64,000 nt of DNA, from contig NC_058379.1 in the NCBI RefSeq assembly GCF_018350175.1, positions 10,664,001-10,728,000 on the forward strand. Direction: 5' to 3'. The notes under the pieces are model-generated. The model made no database searches and was not told the DNA's origin. It saw only the letters and a program-made list of their open reading frames with translations. Both the position numbers and the translations under genes were made by a program. Below are positions 26,314-37,200 of this stretch, piece by piece. Numbering within the stretch: position 1 is the stretch's first letter; each line of letters opens with the position of its first letter. The DNA comes from Felis catus (taxonomy: Eukaryota).

Positions 26314-29300
26314 CCCAAGCAAGCTCCACACTCAGCTTGGAGCTTAACACAGGACTCAATCCCACAACCCTGGGATCATGACCTGAGCAGAAATCCAGAG
26401 CTGGACATTCAACCAGCCGAGGCACCCAGGTGCCCCTAAATATCTTATTCCTTTAAAAATTCTGTGTATCCTAATTGCAAAACCTAAAGCCCTTGTGGGT
26501 TCAAATCTGGTAGGTACTGTTTCTGCTGACACTTGCTCATGGTGGCCCACTGCCTTGTGTGTGTGGTGACCTCTGACTGCAACGTCATGTCTGTCTGAGC
26601 TCACTCTGGGACACTTTAAGGGCCTCAATCAAATGGGAACATTTCAGGGTCGGTCACATCTGCCGCATCCCTGGTCCAAGATTCAGCCTCTCTGTTGACT
26701 CTAGATGTGATGCCGACATTCACTTCCAGAGAAATCTTTCCTTACCACCTCCCTGCTTGTTGTTCCCCACTCCCTGTCAGGTTTTAGCTCCTGGTTGGGG
26801 TGGGGGAGAGTGGAGAATAGTGAGACTTTTTCCTTCTTTCAGGATGTCCCTATTATGCTGCAGGAGGATCCAGTGCCCCATGCTGCTAGAAATAAAAGTT
26901 CCACCGCACCTCTCTCTATCTTCACTGCTACCCCCAAATCCAGGATGCCATCAACTTCCTCTCGCTGGAGTACCGCAACAGACTCCTAATTGATCTCCCA
27001 CATGTACTCCTGTCCCACTGGGATCCAATATCCACAAAGCAGCACAGAGATCTTGTGAAAATGTATCTAATCTCTCCCGTCACTCCACCCTCTGATAATA
27101 TGGCTCCAGTCTCTTCACTGTCTTGCTCAAGGACCATCCGTGGCTCCCCAGTGCCCCCAGAAGAAAGTCTAGACTCTGGCCTGGCACCTTCAGCCCCCTC
27201 CAATCAAGACCCACCAAGTATTCCATCTGGCCCGGCCCCAGGAGAGAATCTATAGACACACCTTAGTGCCTTTGCCAAAGCACCTTTAAGAAATAACTCA
27301 TTCCCGGGGTGCCTGGGTGGCTCAGTCGGTTAAATGTCTGACTTCGGCTCAGGTCGTGATCTCACAGTTCATGGGTTCCAGCCCCGTGTGGGGCTCTGTG
27401 CTGACAGCTGGGAGCCTGCTTCGGATTCTGTGTCTCCCTCTCTCTCTGCTCCTCCCCCACTCGTGCTCTGTCTCTCTCTCGAAAATAAATAAACATTAAA
27501 AACAAGAAATAACTCATTCCCCTTCATCCAGAAAAGCTTCCTTGACTACACTAGCCTTCACTGCCCTCTTATCCTCATCCACGGTCAAGCCGGTGATATT
27601 CCACATGCCTCCACCCCTACATTTCTGTCCTGTTTAAAAAATAAATAAATAAAAAGCACCCACATGCAGATGCATGGCCCGTTTCCCTTGCTTTTCTTGC
27701 CCCTTGTTCTGTGTGAATGTGTTTTGTGTTTCTATCTGGCCCATAAGCTCCTTGAAGCTTGGCCTCGTACTTCAATCATCTAGCGCCACCCTCTTGGGTG
27801 GATGTTTGGGGCACAGTGGGTACAGCTCAGCAGACAGGTTGAAAACACAGACTTTGGAAGCAGGCACAGCCTGAACTCAACTCCCACCGCTGCAACTTCT
27901 AGGAGGGGCAAGGGCCCTCCTCACCTCTCCAAACCTAATTTCCCAGCAGCCATATATTCGAGATCATTCTAGTGCACACTTCACTTGGTATTGTGAGGAC
28001 TAAATACAATGTTCTTAGCATCATGCCTGGCACATAGTACACCCTCAATTAATAGGAGCCGTGATTATGATGATTAGCACATAGGTTTTCAACGAATCCC
28101 CACTGATGAAAAAAAGACATTATTCAATTATTGATATTGAGACAATTAGTAGTCGCCTAGATAAAAAGTCATAAAGCTCAATCCCTCTCCATACCTTGAA
28201 TCTGGGTAAGTTCCAAATAGATCAAAGACTTGAATGTAAAAAAGGAAAACAAATTGCTGCTAGAAAGGATCATGTAAAAAATATTATCTAACCTTAGATT
28301 TGGGAAGGCCTTTTTAGGGGTCACAGAAAATCAAGGGCCAAAAAAAAAAAAAAAAAAAAAGACGAAGTTAACTAGAGAAAAAGAAACACATTTTATAGAT
28401 AGATAGAAATGATAAGCAAAAAGATAAGTGACAAAGGGAGAAACACATGTTTGCAGCTACTATGGCAAAGAGTTAAATTTGCCTCATATGTAAAGAGCTC
28501 CTACACATCAATAAGAAAAACCAAACAACCCAGTGTGGGGCAGGGGGGACATGCACATACAATATAAATAAATGACAAACAAAAAAGGAAATAAAGTGAC
28601 TCTTAAATATGTAAAGAGGCTTTCAGTCTCAATCATAGAGAACTACAAAATAACCTACGTGAAGAGGAAATTTTTTCACCTATCAGATACAAGACCAGAA
28701 GTTTGGTAATTGTTGGCCAAGGTACAGGGTGGGCAACTTGTTACCTCCTCCACAGAAGGTAACTTAGCAATAACTCTCAGATGTGCTCATGGGGGTACTC
28801 TAGGACCCAGCAAATGCACTTCTAGGAATTCATCAGACTGATTGACACAACTCGCGCGTGGGTGAAGTCGTCTTTGTACGAGGCTGCTCCTAGCGGCATC
28901 GTTTGAACTAGGGAGAGATACTGAACAACCCAAGTGCCAACCAACAAGGAACCAGCCAAAGAAATGATGGTGCGTCCACACAACAGAGGGCCGTGAAGTC
29001 AAAGACCAAAGAATGTGGAAGCTCTTAGGGCACCAATACGGAAAGATCTCCCAGGTACGTGGTGAATGAAAGGCAAAATACGGTACAGTGAAAATAACAG
29101 AAGACCACTCCTGTGAGCAGAGAACAAAACACACACAGTGCGGGCTCAGGAGCCCAAGACTGGCCAATGTCGGTTCAAATCCTGGACGTCCCACTGAATA
29201 ACTCTGTGATCCTGGGCAAGCCCCATAACCAATCCCCTGTGCCTCAGTAGTCCACCTACGGAGTGGGCACAAGAAGAGTACCTACCTCACGGGGTTATTG

Positions 29301-29919
29301 CAATAGTTAAATGAGCTGATTCCTGTAAGAGCGCTTGGAAAGTGTTCAGCACACAGCACTCAATAAATAAACTAAATTAAATTAAAAAAAAAATCATCAA
29401 CTGAGATAACTTTCCACTGAAGGCCCCGTGCCTCCCTGCACCTCTGGCTACGCGCTTGCAAATACCCCCCCACCCCCGCCCCGCCAAGGCACGACCACCC
29501 CTAGGCCCTCCGCCCGGCTGAAGCCCGCTGCCCTCGCCCACCTCGGGGGTCAGCCGCAATCGCGTCCCTGCTCAGCGAGATCTTGCCGATGACGTCATCA
29601 TGCCTGTGGCGAGGTAGGCAAGGTGAGGGTCCGCGTCATCAGGTCGCGGGCCCAGGCATCGAGGGCTGGCGGGTGGGTACGTTGCTTCGGGGCGGCCCAC
29701 CCTCCCTCCGGTACCCGGGCCTCGGTCCCCAGCACACACACCCCACCGTGTCCTCGTCCAGCACGTAGAAGGCCAGATGGTGGAAATCCAGGGGCAGGTG
29801 GATGGTGTATTCCTCTCCCCAGAAGGGGCTCAGGCTCCTCCACACGGTCGCTGTCCTGCAACAGAGGGCACAGGGGCTGGGGACCCGTGGGCCACATGGG
29901 TGGCAGACGCCTGGGGACC

Positions 29920-29960
<41 letters not shown>

Positions 29961-31575
29961 GGGTACACACTAAAAGAGATACAGATCACCAAGGAAGCCT
30001 GAGACACATCCCCACATACACAGATACACATGTGCATCCTCAAGATTTTCTAGAAAGACACATCCTTGTGTTCCTACATACAGACACATGCAGATACACA
30101 CGCAGGAACGCAGACACGTTCACACAGATGCCCAGACACACACTCACACATGGGCGGTGAGAGAGGGCAGAGACACGCACGCGGAACCCCACAAAGGTGA
30201 CGACACGCGCAATTCCACTCGTTCACTCGTGCGTTCGCTCCACAAACACCCTGTGTGTCAAGCCTCGGGGGCTGCGGAGAATCAGAGGGAGAGATGCCAA
30301 GGTTCCTGCCCCCACAGAGCCCCCTTCAGTGGACGGGTGCTCTCTCCTGAGCTCTTATGACACAGTGAGAGAAGTCCCGTGATCGGGGTTGGCTCAGGGG
30401 CGCCTGGCTGGGTTTGGGGGGTGTGGACACAAGAGTCAGAAAAGGCTTCCTGCAGGAGCTAGTCAGGCAAAAAGGGGGAAGAGAAGAGGAGGACAAGATG
30501 GCTGAGACAGCACGTGCAAAAGCCCTGAGGCAGGGATGAGCTCGGTGAGACCGAGGAACAGGAAGGTGCTGGACCGGAATCAGGGAAGAGTGAGGGGCCA
30601 AGAGACCACGAAGTCAGCAGGGGCCAGAGCACTCAGGGAGCAAGAGGGGAGCCCCAGGAGGGTTAGGGACCAAGACAAGCCCAGAAACAGACCCGCACAT
30701 GGAACATCTTGCCCCTGACCCCCCTGCAGAAGCACTTCCCTTTACCCAGCAGGGAACAGAGAGGCTACTTTGCCCAGTGAAGACACATCCGAATCGACGG
30801 CTGCAAGAGTTGGTCGCACGCCTGCCGCTCCTTCCTTCCCTTTCCCCACACCCCTCCCCAGCAAAGAGCGTGAACACGCACACACGCACGCACACGCAGA
30901 TGCACGCTCTGCCCTCGGCTCCAGGCCAGGGCACCGCCATCAGAGGGACCCTTCTTCCCAAACACCCTCGTCCCCCTGCCCGGGGCCTTTTCCCGGCTGG
31001 AAGTCCCTCTTCAGAGCCCAGGGACGGGGAGACAGCAGCCTGGGGTCACACGGAAAATCTGCGTGTGGGTCTGGGGGCAGCATCACAGCATGTGGTGAGG
31101 GGGCAGCACGAGCAGAGAGAGAACAATGGGGGGAGGTCAGCTGGGGTGCCGCAGGCTGACCCTCCTCCGCGCGGGCTCCCCGCCCCCAGCTCCCAGCCCA
31201 TCTGGACCGGAACTGACACCAGAAGCATCCTGAATCCTGCCGTCTCCATAGGAACCCCGGCCTCAGCCACCCACCCGGGCCTGCAGGGGCTGAGAGATGT
31301 CCCTCGGCCTGTGGGGGTGGGAGCCAACCATGGCCCAGCCCCCATGTCCCTCCACCCGCACCCAAAACTCACCTGCATCCAACACCCTCACATCCTCACA
31401 AATGTTCACAACGGCGCCCGTGTACCCAAACAGACGGGCACCGGTGCTCACGGGTATATGCAGGGCAGCCCCCAACCCCCCCACACCCCCAGGGACATGT
31501 ACGTGTGGCCACAGGCATTTATGTCCAGCCCTCCAACACCCCCATGCACACTCACAAGCAGGCCCAGCTAGGCAT

Positions 31576-31613
<38 letters not shown>

Positions 31614-34600
31614 GTGCCCGCAGCACCCAGCAGGCCTGGAACCAGCCAGCCCGGCCAAGCGTGAGATGCCCGCCTCCGGGGAGGCCACAATGGGAGGCAC
31701 AGGCCGCCAGCCGCTGAGTCAGCCCCGGGACACCGGCATGGACATCATCAGGTCCAGGGGGAAGGTGTCGGCCCGTCGGTGGGGCAGGACAGGGAGGGGA
31801 GCTGTCTGTCCCCAGAGGGGCCCAAGCACAAAGCATCCTCCGTCAGCCCCGCGTGTCCGCCCTCGGGGTAAGCACTGCCCTCCCCCAGCTCCTGTTCAAC
31901 GTGACCTCTTGTGCCTGGACTCCCCAGGTCTAGAAGGAGTTCCTCCTCCGTCCCCTGCCCTGTGGCTCCCTCCCCGGGTCTGGCCCCTCCACTCCTCACC
32001 TGGCCACCACCTCGTCATCCACCTTCACGAGGCAGTAGGGGTCACTGCTCCCAGACCTGCAGGAGAAGGGGGTTTGGGAAGGAGGTTGAGAGGGCAGCCA
32101 TGAGCGAGGGTCCCGATCCACCTTCATTATACATGCAGAGGGCAGCAACTGCCGGCCACAGAGGGGAGGGGACTGGCCCAGAGAGGAGAGGGTCACACGG
32201 CAGGTCCAGCTAAGAAGGCAGGGGCCCGGCAGGCGATGTCCTGGGTGCACAGCCTACCCGCTGCATGCCTGAGTCACCATGCACGGGCTCTCTGGGCTTC
32301 CACTCACAGAAACAGAACACTGAGGCATGAGGCCAGAAAGTTCCCAGCGCTGATCTCAGGAGGCCCGGAGCTGTGTATGGGCTGGTGGGGCGGGGGGGGG
32401 GGGGGGCATCCGGGCTTTACCTCCCGCTAGCTGCGGAACCCCACGGGTGCTGCTTTTTCCACTCTCTAATGTTAACACACACCTCCTGGGGCAGTTGGAG
32501 GGACGAAAGGAGATAATGCGCGGTGAGATGCATCACGGGCTGACCCCAGAGCTCTCCCCCAGGAGCCTTAACGCCACCCTCTGGGGGAGGCACTGCCCTC
32601 CCCAGCTTTTCATTTCCACGAGGCTTACGCTGGGGAGAGGACTCCCAACACTCAGCCTTCAGTGGGGATGGACCTCTGCTGGCATAGACCAGGGCACCCA
32701 GATCTCAAAGCTCAACCGATAGCACAGATATGCTGCAGCCCCTTGAGTTGCCATGAGCCAACCAACACCCGCTCTATCCCCCCTTCATAATAGGAGTTAC
32801 CAGCCACATCCCAAGCTGTCCACTAGGGCCCTCATCTCCCCTCTGTCTCATTGCACAGGACTCCTTTGCCTTCCACCAAGCTCAGTCCGACCTCAGGGCC
32901 TTTGCACTTGCTGTTGATGTCTGCTTAAGACACTCTGTCCCCGATCTGGCCATGGCTGGCTCTGTCCTGTCATTTAAACCTCCACCCCAAAGTCCCTGAT
33001 CACCTCTGTCCTTTGTAAAATTGATCTCCGATCCCTCTGAGCCCCTGAAGGCATCTTGCTCCCCCGTTTCTCTATTTAGTATCTGTCCCCCGCCAAACTT
33101 CTGAACTGTGAGCTCTTTGGAGGAGGACCTGTATCCTCTTTCCCACAATCCTCCGCCTGAGTCAGGATTCAAACCCGCGTCGATGGGGCTCAGCACACAT
33201 GCTCTTAACCAATGTCACCTCCACCCCACCTCACAATCCTTCCCCCAGGTGGCCCCCTCTCTTGATGTCCCAGCCCCCACCCTGTCTCCCTGCCACCCCC
33301 AACCAGCTCAGCACGTCGCTAATCCACAAATACCACAGGGTTTCAGAGAAGGGGATGTTGGCCACCAGGAGCCAACCTGAGCCTTATCTGCTGGATGAAT
33401 CCTTCCCTGTGCCTCAGTTTCCTCTCTGGACTCCTTCTCTTAACTCCCTCTGTGTGGGTGCTCCAGTGCCTCCATTTCCCTATCTGGCCTCTACCCCTGA
33501 ACACCTCAGATTGGGTGGTGGCCTGTGTCCTGGCATTCTTTTCTGGGTTCTACTTCCAAACCCCCTTCCGAGCAGCACCCCAGGCCTCAGTCTCCCCTTC
33601 TGAATCTATCTCAAAGCCACTGGGTTCGAGCCTCAGTTTCCTGACCTGGTTCTACCGCCCTGGATGCCTGTGGCTGGGTTAATCCCTGTATCTCAGTTCT
33701 CTCCCTGGGTTCTCTATCCTCGAGCTTCTTTTAAGTGGAGTCCCCTTCCTCAGTTTCCCCAACTGCAGACTTGGAGGAAGATTGGCTGGGATCCCAGGAG
33801 CAAAGAGCTGGGAGACACGCCCCCTTCTGTCAACGAGACATGACCCTGGGGCCCCTCCTGGGAGCCAGGCTCGCACGTCAGCTCCACAGCTCTGACGCAC
33901 AAGGGCCTTATCAGGCTCCCATCAGGTAGGAGGCGGCAGTGGCAGGAGGCTGCCCCTCGACCCTCAATCTCTCCAGACCCTTGGCCTCTCCCGTGGCCCC
34001 TGCCCCGACCCAAGTGTGGGAAAGAAGTCCTCTCAGCCATTGCCTGCCCAGTTTGGTTTATACATTGGGAGCGGTCAGGGCTTAGATCCCAGCTGTGTGA
34101 CCTGGGGCAAGAGACTTTGCCTCTCTGGACCTCAGTTTCCCCATTTATAAATGGAATTGCCAACAGGACCTACAGAAAATGTTAAGTGCAGGACCTGGCC
34201 CGGAGGAAGCCTTATAGTTGCTATCACTAATAATGGTAACACCCAAGGGCGCCTCGCGGCTCAGTCCGTTGGGCGGTTGAGCGTCCGATTTCGGCTCAGG
34301 TCACGATCTCGCGGTTCGTGGGTTCGAGCCCCGCGTTGGGCTCTGTGCTGACAGCTCAGAGCCTGGAGCCTGTTTCGGATTCTGTGTCTCCCTCTCTTTG
34401 ACCCTTCCCCGTTCATGCTCTGTCTCTCTCTGTCTCAAAAATAAATAAAAAACGTTAAAAAAATTAAAAAAAAAAAAAAAGAAGAAAAGACAAGAGAGGC
34501 AGGAAGGCTAGATTAAAAAAATAATAGTAATAATAATAGTAATACTCAAGAATTATCAGTTGAGACCTCTCCAGAGTCAGGTTGCACACTGCCCTCAAAC

Positions 34601-36333
34601 TTGACGAGGCTTCAGGAAGAGTCTGGGCCCTTTCTCTTAGAGACGAGAGAAAACACATCCCACCTGAGTCTCCATGGGCTTGGAGATCCCAGCATGCTCT
34701 GAAGAGAGCCTCTCTGACGAAGGGAGTCAACGGCCAGGGAAACTGAGGCAGGGTGGCTGGATCCCCAGTGAGGGCTTAGTGACTCCTTTCCCCCCTTGCT
34801 CTGGGGCTCACCTTGGCCCGGGAACTTGGGGAAGGAGGCGTGGCCGAGAGATGTAGGAACCAGGTATGAGTCAACTTCCTCCGCAGGAAAGGCAGAAGGA
34901 GCCCCACGAGGCACGTCCAGGGGCCAGGGCGGTGCCCCCCACTCCCTCATGGCCCTCGTTCAGGACTGTGAGATGGACGCCTGGTTTCTGGAGGGGCCCC
35001 CCCTCAGCCCTCCAGCAGTTTCCAGGCCCCCACTCTAGCCCCGCTGCCCCCACAGTTCCAGAATCTCATTCTCAGAGGCTCTGAGAGGGTGTCCCAGAAA
35101 GAAGGAAGCCGGGGCTTGTCCAGATGCTGCGTTCACACAGCATGCTCTCTGCTTCTATGTCAGGTGCATGTTTATTTGGGGTGGCTGATGAGGATGAGGG
35201 GAAGTTACAACTGTTCTAAGCAGCCCAGTGTTGGGGAGGGGCGAGGTTCGCGAAATCAAAGGCAGGATACTCCTCACTGGGGACCCACAGCTGGGGGAGT
35301 CAGGGCATAGCTAAGCCCCAACCTCAACTTGGGCAAAGCCTCGGAATCCAGATCTCGGCTCACCTTGGCCACAGGAGACATCCTAACAGGTCCCCCACCC
35401 CCACGGCTGCATGGGGCTGGGCGCCTCCTGGCCAGAGCTCCTATGCCCTGGTGGGAAATGGAGACCCAACAGGAACAAGGTTCAAGGTCACACAGTTGAT
35501 ATCCCGCCAAGGATCCCACACCTGTCCAGGTGCTGACACCTCAGAGCCCCTTCTGGGCTCCAGGCCAAGCAGGAGGGGGACCCCTCCTGTTCTGCTGACT
35601 TGGCAACTGCTGACTCAGCCCTGGGGGAAGCATAGCCAAGGACCGGTACTAAGGGGAGCCCAAGGGTCTTCCTGCCCCATCACACCTGGCTGGGGAGGGG
35701 GCTGCCGGGAGAGGGTGCCCCCTCCAGCAGCTCAGCATCCAGGGAACTCCTAGCTGGGGAGCTCAGGGCTCTGGGTTAAGAGGACCCCAGCTTCCCTCAG
35801 GCCTGATTGATGGGCCACCTGATAACACCAGATGCAAATGCTGAGGCCACCCAGCCCTCTGGGCCTCCTTCCCAGGTTTCTTTTGATAGGCACCCACCCA
35901 GGCCTGGAGAAGCCCCACCTCCCGCACCTGCCGGCACTAAGGAAGAGACCCCCCTCCCCCCCGCTCCAATTCCAGCTCCAACAGAATCCGACCGTCCAGT
36001 CCCCTTTTAGCACATCCCAGGAACAAAGACATCCCTCTTCCTGGGGGCAGGGTGGGGCGTCTGCTAAGTCTGGGCACCCCCTCCCACTAGGACAGCGATG
36101 GCCATGGGGCCTCTCGCCCTGTGAAGGCGGATCTGCCCCAACACTGTGTCTTACACAAGAAGCCCCTGCCCACGTCACCGACCCTCCCTGGCATGCGGAA
36201 CGGGTGCCCCCCCGCCCCATCCCATGTCCGGTGCGCCCCTCACCCGCGACCCGCCCCAGGGTACTCACACGTCCTTGGCAGGCAGCGCCCGGCCCTCCAC
36301 CACGCGGACGTTCAGGGAGCTGCTCTTGGCCAT
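8381..36333 (-). CDS. RASAL1: RAS protein activator-like 1 (C2A-C2B-RasGAP-PH-Btk), complete, 21 coding exons, 812 aa
   Basis: Starts MAKSSSLNVRVVEGRALPAKD (ATG 36333) and ends AALGPPGH* (8381). Summed CDS is 2439 nt, in frame. Contains RasGAP motifs TLFRSNS and FLRFFAPAILTPKLF, PH motif REGYLLKRK and Btk motif HPGAFRSSRWTCC. Confidence 0.97.
8781..8857 (-). CDS. RASAL1: RASAL1 coding exon 20
   Basis: MKFQEDFNIATSPEADTMRASGAKE; ttccag acceptor, AAG|gtaag donor, 77 nt. Confidence 0.85.
9722..9842 (-). CDS. RASAL1: RASAL1 coding exon 19
   Basis: AGCSRTHSAVTLGDWSDPLNPDAE...RDQL, 121 nt. Confidence 0.94.
10602..10737 (-). CDS. RASAL1: RASAL1 coding exon 18 (PH end, Btk motif)
   Basis: NVNELNQWLSALRK...WTCCLQAERS, 136 nt. 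Confidence 0.95.
10828..10965 (-). CDS. RASAL1: RASAL1 coding exon 17
   Basis: MRFSIPVSHIRAVERVDEGAF...YLQCK, 138 nt. Confidence 0.95.
11923..12095 (-). CDS. RASAL1: RASAL1 coding exon 16 (PH start)
   Basis: AGGPARALVAPSVIVREGYLLKRK...SPEWQ, 173 nt. Confidence 0.94.
13261..13402 (-). CDS. RASAL1: RASAL1 coding exon 15
   Basis: AVQSIGNLGQQLGQGKELWMAPLHPFL...DVDGE, 142 nt. Confidence 0.95.
13682..13930 (+). mobile_element. Older carnivore SINE (CanSINE), possibly two pieces
   Basis: ggggctcctggctcgctcagtcag head, CT-rich body, second gagttcgagccc segment. Confidence 0.7.
14199..14336 (-). CDS. RASAL1: RASAL1 coding exon 14 (FLR motif)
   Basis: DVKYLAISGFLFLRFFAPAILTPKLF...LLLAK, 138 nt. Confidence 0.95.
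16027..16267 (-). mobile_element. CanSINE (SINEC_Fc-like) with 14-bp TSD
   Basis: Reverse complement of the SINE consensus; TSD GAGTCAACGTTTTA at 16013-16026 and 16269-16282. Confidence 0.92.
16337..16580 (+). mobile_element. CanSINE (SINEC_Fc-like)
   Basis: ggggcgcctgggtggctcagtcggttgagcg head, poly-A tail. Confidence 0.92.
17167..17215. repeat. (ATT)n/(ATC)n microsatellite
   Basis: Direct reading. Confidence 0.95.
17351..17543 (-). CDS. RASAL1: RASAL1 coding exon 13
   Basis: RISFKGAPSEE...RFPQAEHE, 193 nt. Confidence 0.94.
18527..18639 (-). CDS. RASAL1: RASAL1 coding exon 12
   Basis: LVGMPYLHEVLKPVINRVFEEKRYIELDPCKIDLGRT, 113 nt. Confidence 0.95.
18923..18987 (-). CDS. RASAL1: RASAL1 coding exon 11 (arginine finger)
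   Basis: DPNTLFRSNSLASKSMEQFMK, 65 nt. Confidence 0.95.
19359..19512 (-). CDS. RASAL1: RASAL1 coding exon 10
   Basis: EDAASPLAVLEEL...DYLTRREVTRT, 154 nt. Confidence 0.94.
19635..19752 (-). CDS. RASAL1: RASAL1 coding exon 9
   Basis: GQLGALRLKVRLIEDRILPS...GPAE, 118 nt. Confidence 0.93.
19933..20130 (+). mobile_element. CanSINE
   Basis: SINE head and A-rich tail. Confidence 0.85.
20447..20535 (-). CDS. RASAL1: RASAL1 coding exon 8
   Basis: VEFPPPVLQQNPPRGWFRLLPFPRAEEDS, 89 nt. Confidence 0.93.
20945..21540 (-). mobile_element. LINE-1 (L1M) 3' fragment
   Basis: gtgcaaccatcaccact...tagcatgttttcaagattcatcca...ttttccaaagcagctgcacc, typical antisense L1 3' end. Confidence 0.75.
22202..22333 (-). 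CDS. RASAL1: RASAL1 coding exon 7
   Basis: TIKKTRFPHWDEV...WDWDMVGKNDFLGM, 132 nt. Confidence 0.94.
22414..22495 (-). CDS. RASAL1: RASAL1 coding exon 6
   Basis: DLAPRDITGTSDPFARVFWGSQSLETS, 82 nt. Confidence 0.94.
23031..23068. repeat. (CATT)n repeat, likely an L2 tail
   Basis: cattcattcatt... followed by caacaaatact. Confidence 0.85.
23880..24290 (+). mobile_element. ERVL-type solo LTR relic (LTR16-like)
   Basis: ttggttcagagataggtacgtg...gagcacctggatccagacatgcctgaagcc...gcttaagctggtatgagttggg. Confidence 0.55.
24552..24681 (-). CDS. RASAL1: RASAL1 coding exon 5
   Basis: IDSWINLSRVDPDAEVQGEVCL...HVLQA, 130 nt. Confidence 0.94.
24769..24979 (+). mobile_element. CanSINE
   Basis: SINE head and A tail; imperfect TSD catgaaa(c/t)ata. 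Confidence 0.9.
25350..26700 (-). mobile_element. Old L1 fragments interrupted by two antisense CanSINEs (about 25910-26118 and 26230-26436)
   Basis: T-rich L1-like text (atttcttcagatctctcttccagctcactaattctctcttcag) with reverse-complement SINE bodies. Confidence 0.7.
25517..25575. repeat. (GT)n(GTT)n compound microsatellite
   Basis: Direct reading. Confidence 0.95.
27306..27503 (+). mobile_element. CanSINE with 18-bp TSD
   Basis: TSD AAGAAATAACTCATTCCC at 27288-27305 and 27504-27521. Confidence 0.93.
28100..29130 (+). mobile_element. Old LINE-1 (L1M) ORF2-end / 3'UTR fragment
   Basis: A-rich; ttccaaatagatcaaagacttgaatgtaaaa, gacccagcaaatgcacttctaggaatt. Confidence 0.75.
29542..29603 (-). 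CDS. RASAL1: RASAL1 coding exon 4
   Basis: HDDVIGKISLSRDAIAADPR, 62 nt. Confidence 0.93.
29742..29855 (-). CDS. RASAL1: RASAL1 coding exon 3
   Basis: TATVWRSLSPFWGEEY...DEDTV, 114 nt. Confidence 0.94.
29923..29958. repeat. (CA)n microsatellite
   Basis: Direct reading. Confidence 0.95.
31577..31611. repeat. (CA)n microsatellite
   Basis: Direct reading. Confidence 0.95.
32000..32056 (-). CDS. RASAL1: RASAL1 coding exon 2
   Basis: SGSSDPYCLVKVDDEVVA, 57 nt. Confidence 0.94.
34247..34480 (+). mobile_element. CanSINE (SINEC_Fc-like)
   Basis: SINE body with poly-A tail. Confidence 0.9.
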
Positions 36334-37200
36334 GGCGCCCAGCCCCAAACTTTACGGGCAGAAGGGTGCCCAGGCGCCGAGGCTGGACCGCGGAGGGGGC
36401 GTCTACATGTCACCAGCTGCGAGCCTGGCGCCCTGTCTCGGGGTCCCAGCGCCGCCCGTCCGAGACGCGGGTAGCTGGGGGGGAGGTTTCCGAGGGAGAA
36501 GAATAGGTGTCCGGGGAGGGGGCGCCCCTCGGACTCTACAGGTAGGAGCTGTGCGCGGAGGAGACAGAGCGCGCAGGGGCCACCGGCGGCTCTCGCCTCG
36601 TAGGCTGGAGCTCCGGGAGGGCGGGCAGGGGGCGGAGGGGCAGCCCAGGGCCCTCCCCCCAATCCCGCCTCCCGCGTGTCCCCCGCCCGTCCCCGGGCCC
36701 CCTCGCGCGCCCTCTGCCGGAGCCCCAGCCAAGCGCGCCTGAGCGCACCGGCGGCGGAGACCAGGGCGCGCGGAGGCTGGGACCGCCAGGTGGGGGGCGG
36801 CCCACGGCCACCGCGGGCGTGGCCGCTGGCTCGTGGTGAGTTGGCATGGGGCTCGGAAGACACAGTAGGTTCCCTGCCTGCCCTCCCTCCGACACACTAG
36901 CACCTCCCCGGCCCTTCCTTGCCGACCATCCCGGCGCCACCTCCTGGATCGCACCTCCGTGTCCTGTCCGGGAGCAGTTCCCGCGGTCGGCGGGAGGCGT
37001 CGCTAGAGAGGGAGTCGCACATTCCCGGTGGGGGGGGGGGGGGGTCCGTTCAGAGTCTAGGGAGGGGCCTCGAACATCCCCTTCCCTGTCGTTTAGTTTC
37101 CAATTAAACCCAGACTGTGCGAGCGGCAGCTCCCACGTCACGGGCTGGCACTGCGGGGGAGGCAGCCGCGGCCGGAGGGGGAGGGGAGGCCTGAAGATAA
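36150..37200. promoter_or_regulatory. RASAL1: RASAL1 promoter / 5' CpG island
   Basis: CpG-dense, GC-rich stretch spanning and upstream of the start codon. Confidence 0.8.
36269..36333 (-). CDS. RASAL1: RASAL1 coding exon 1
   Basis: GGCGCC ATG G Kozak context; donor gtgagt. Confidence 0.93.

Noticed and set aside
30699-32103. Long + strand ORFs (290 aa and 268 aa) in RASAL1 intron 2
   Set aside because: GC-rich, stop-poor DNA with (CA)n-derived HT repeats, non-ATG or weak starts and no recognisable domain.
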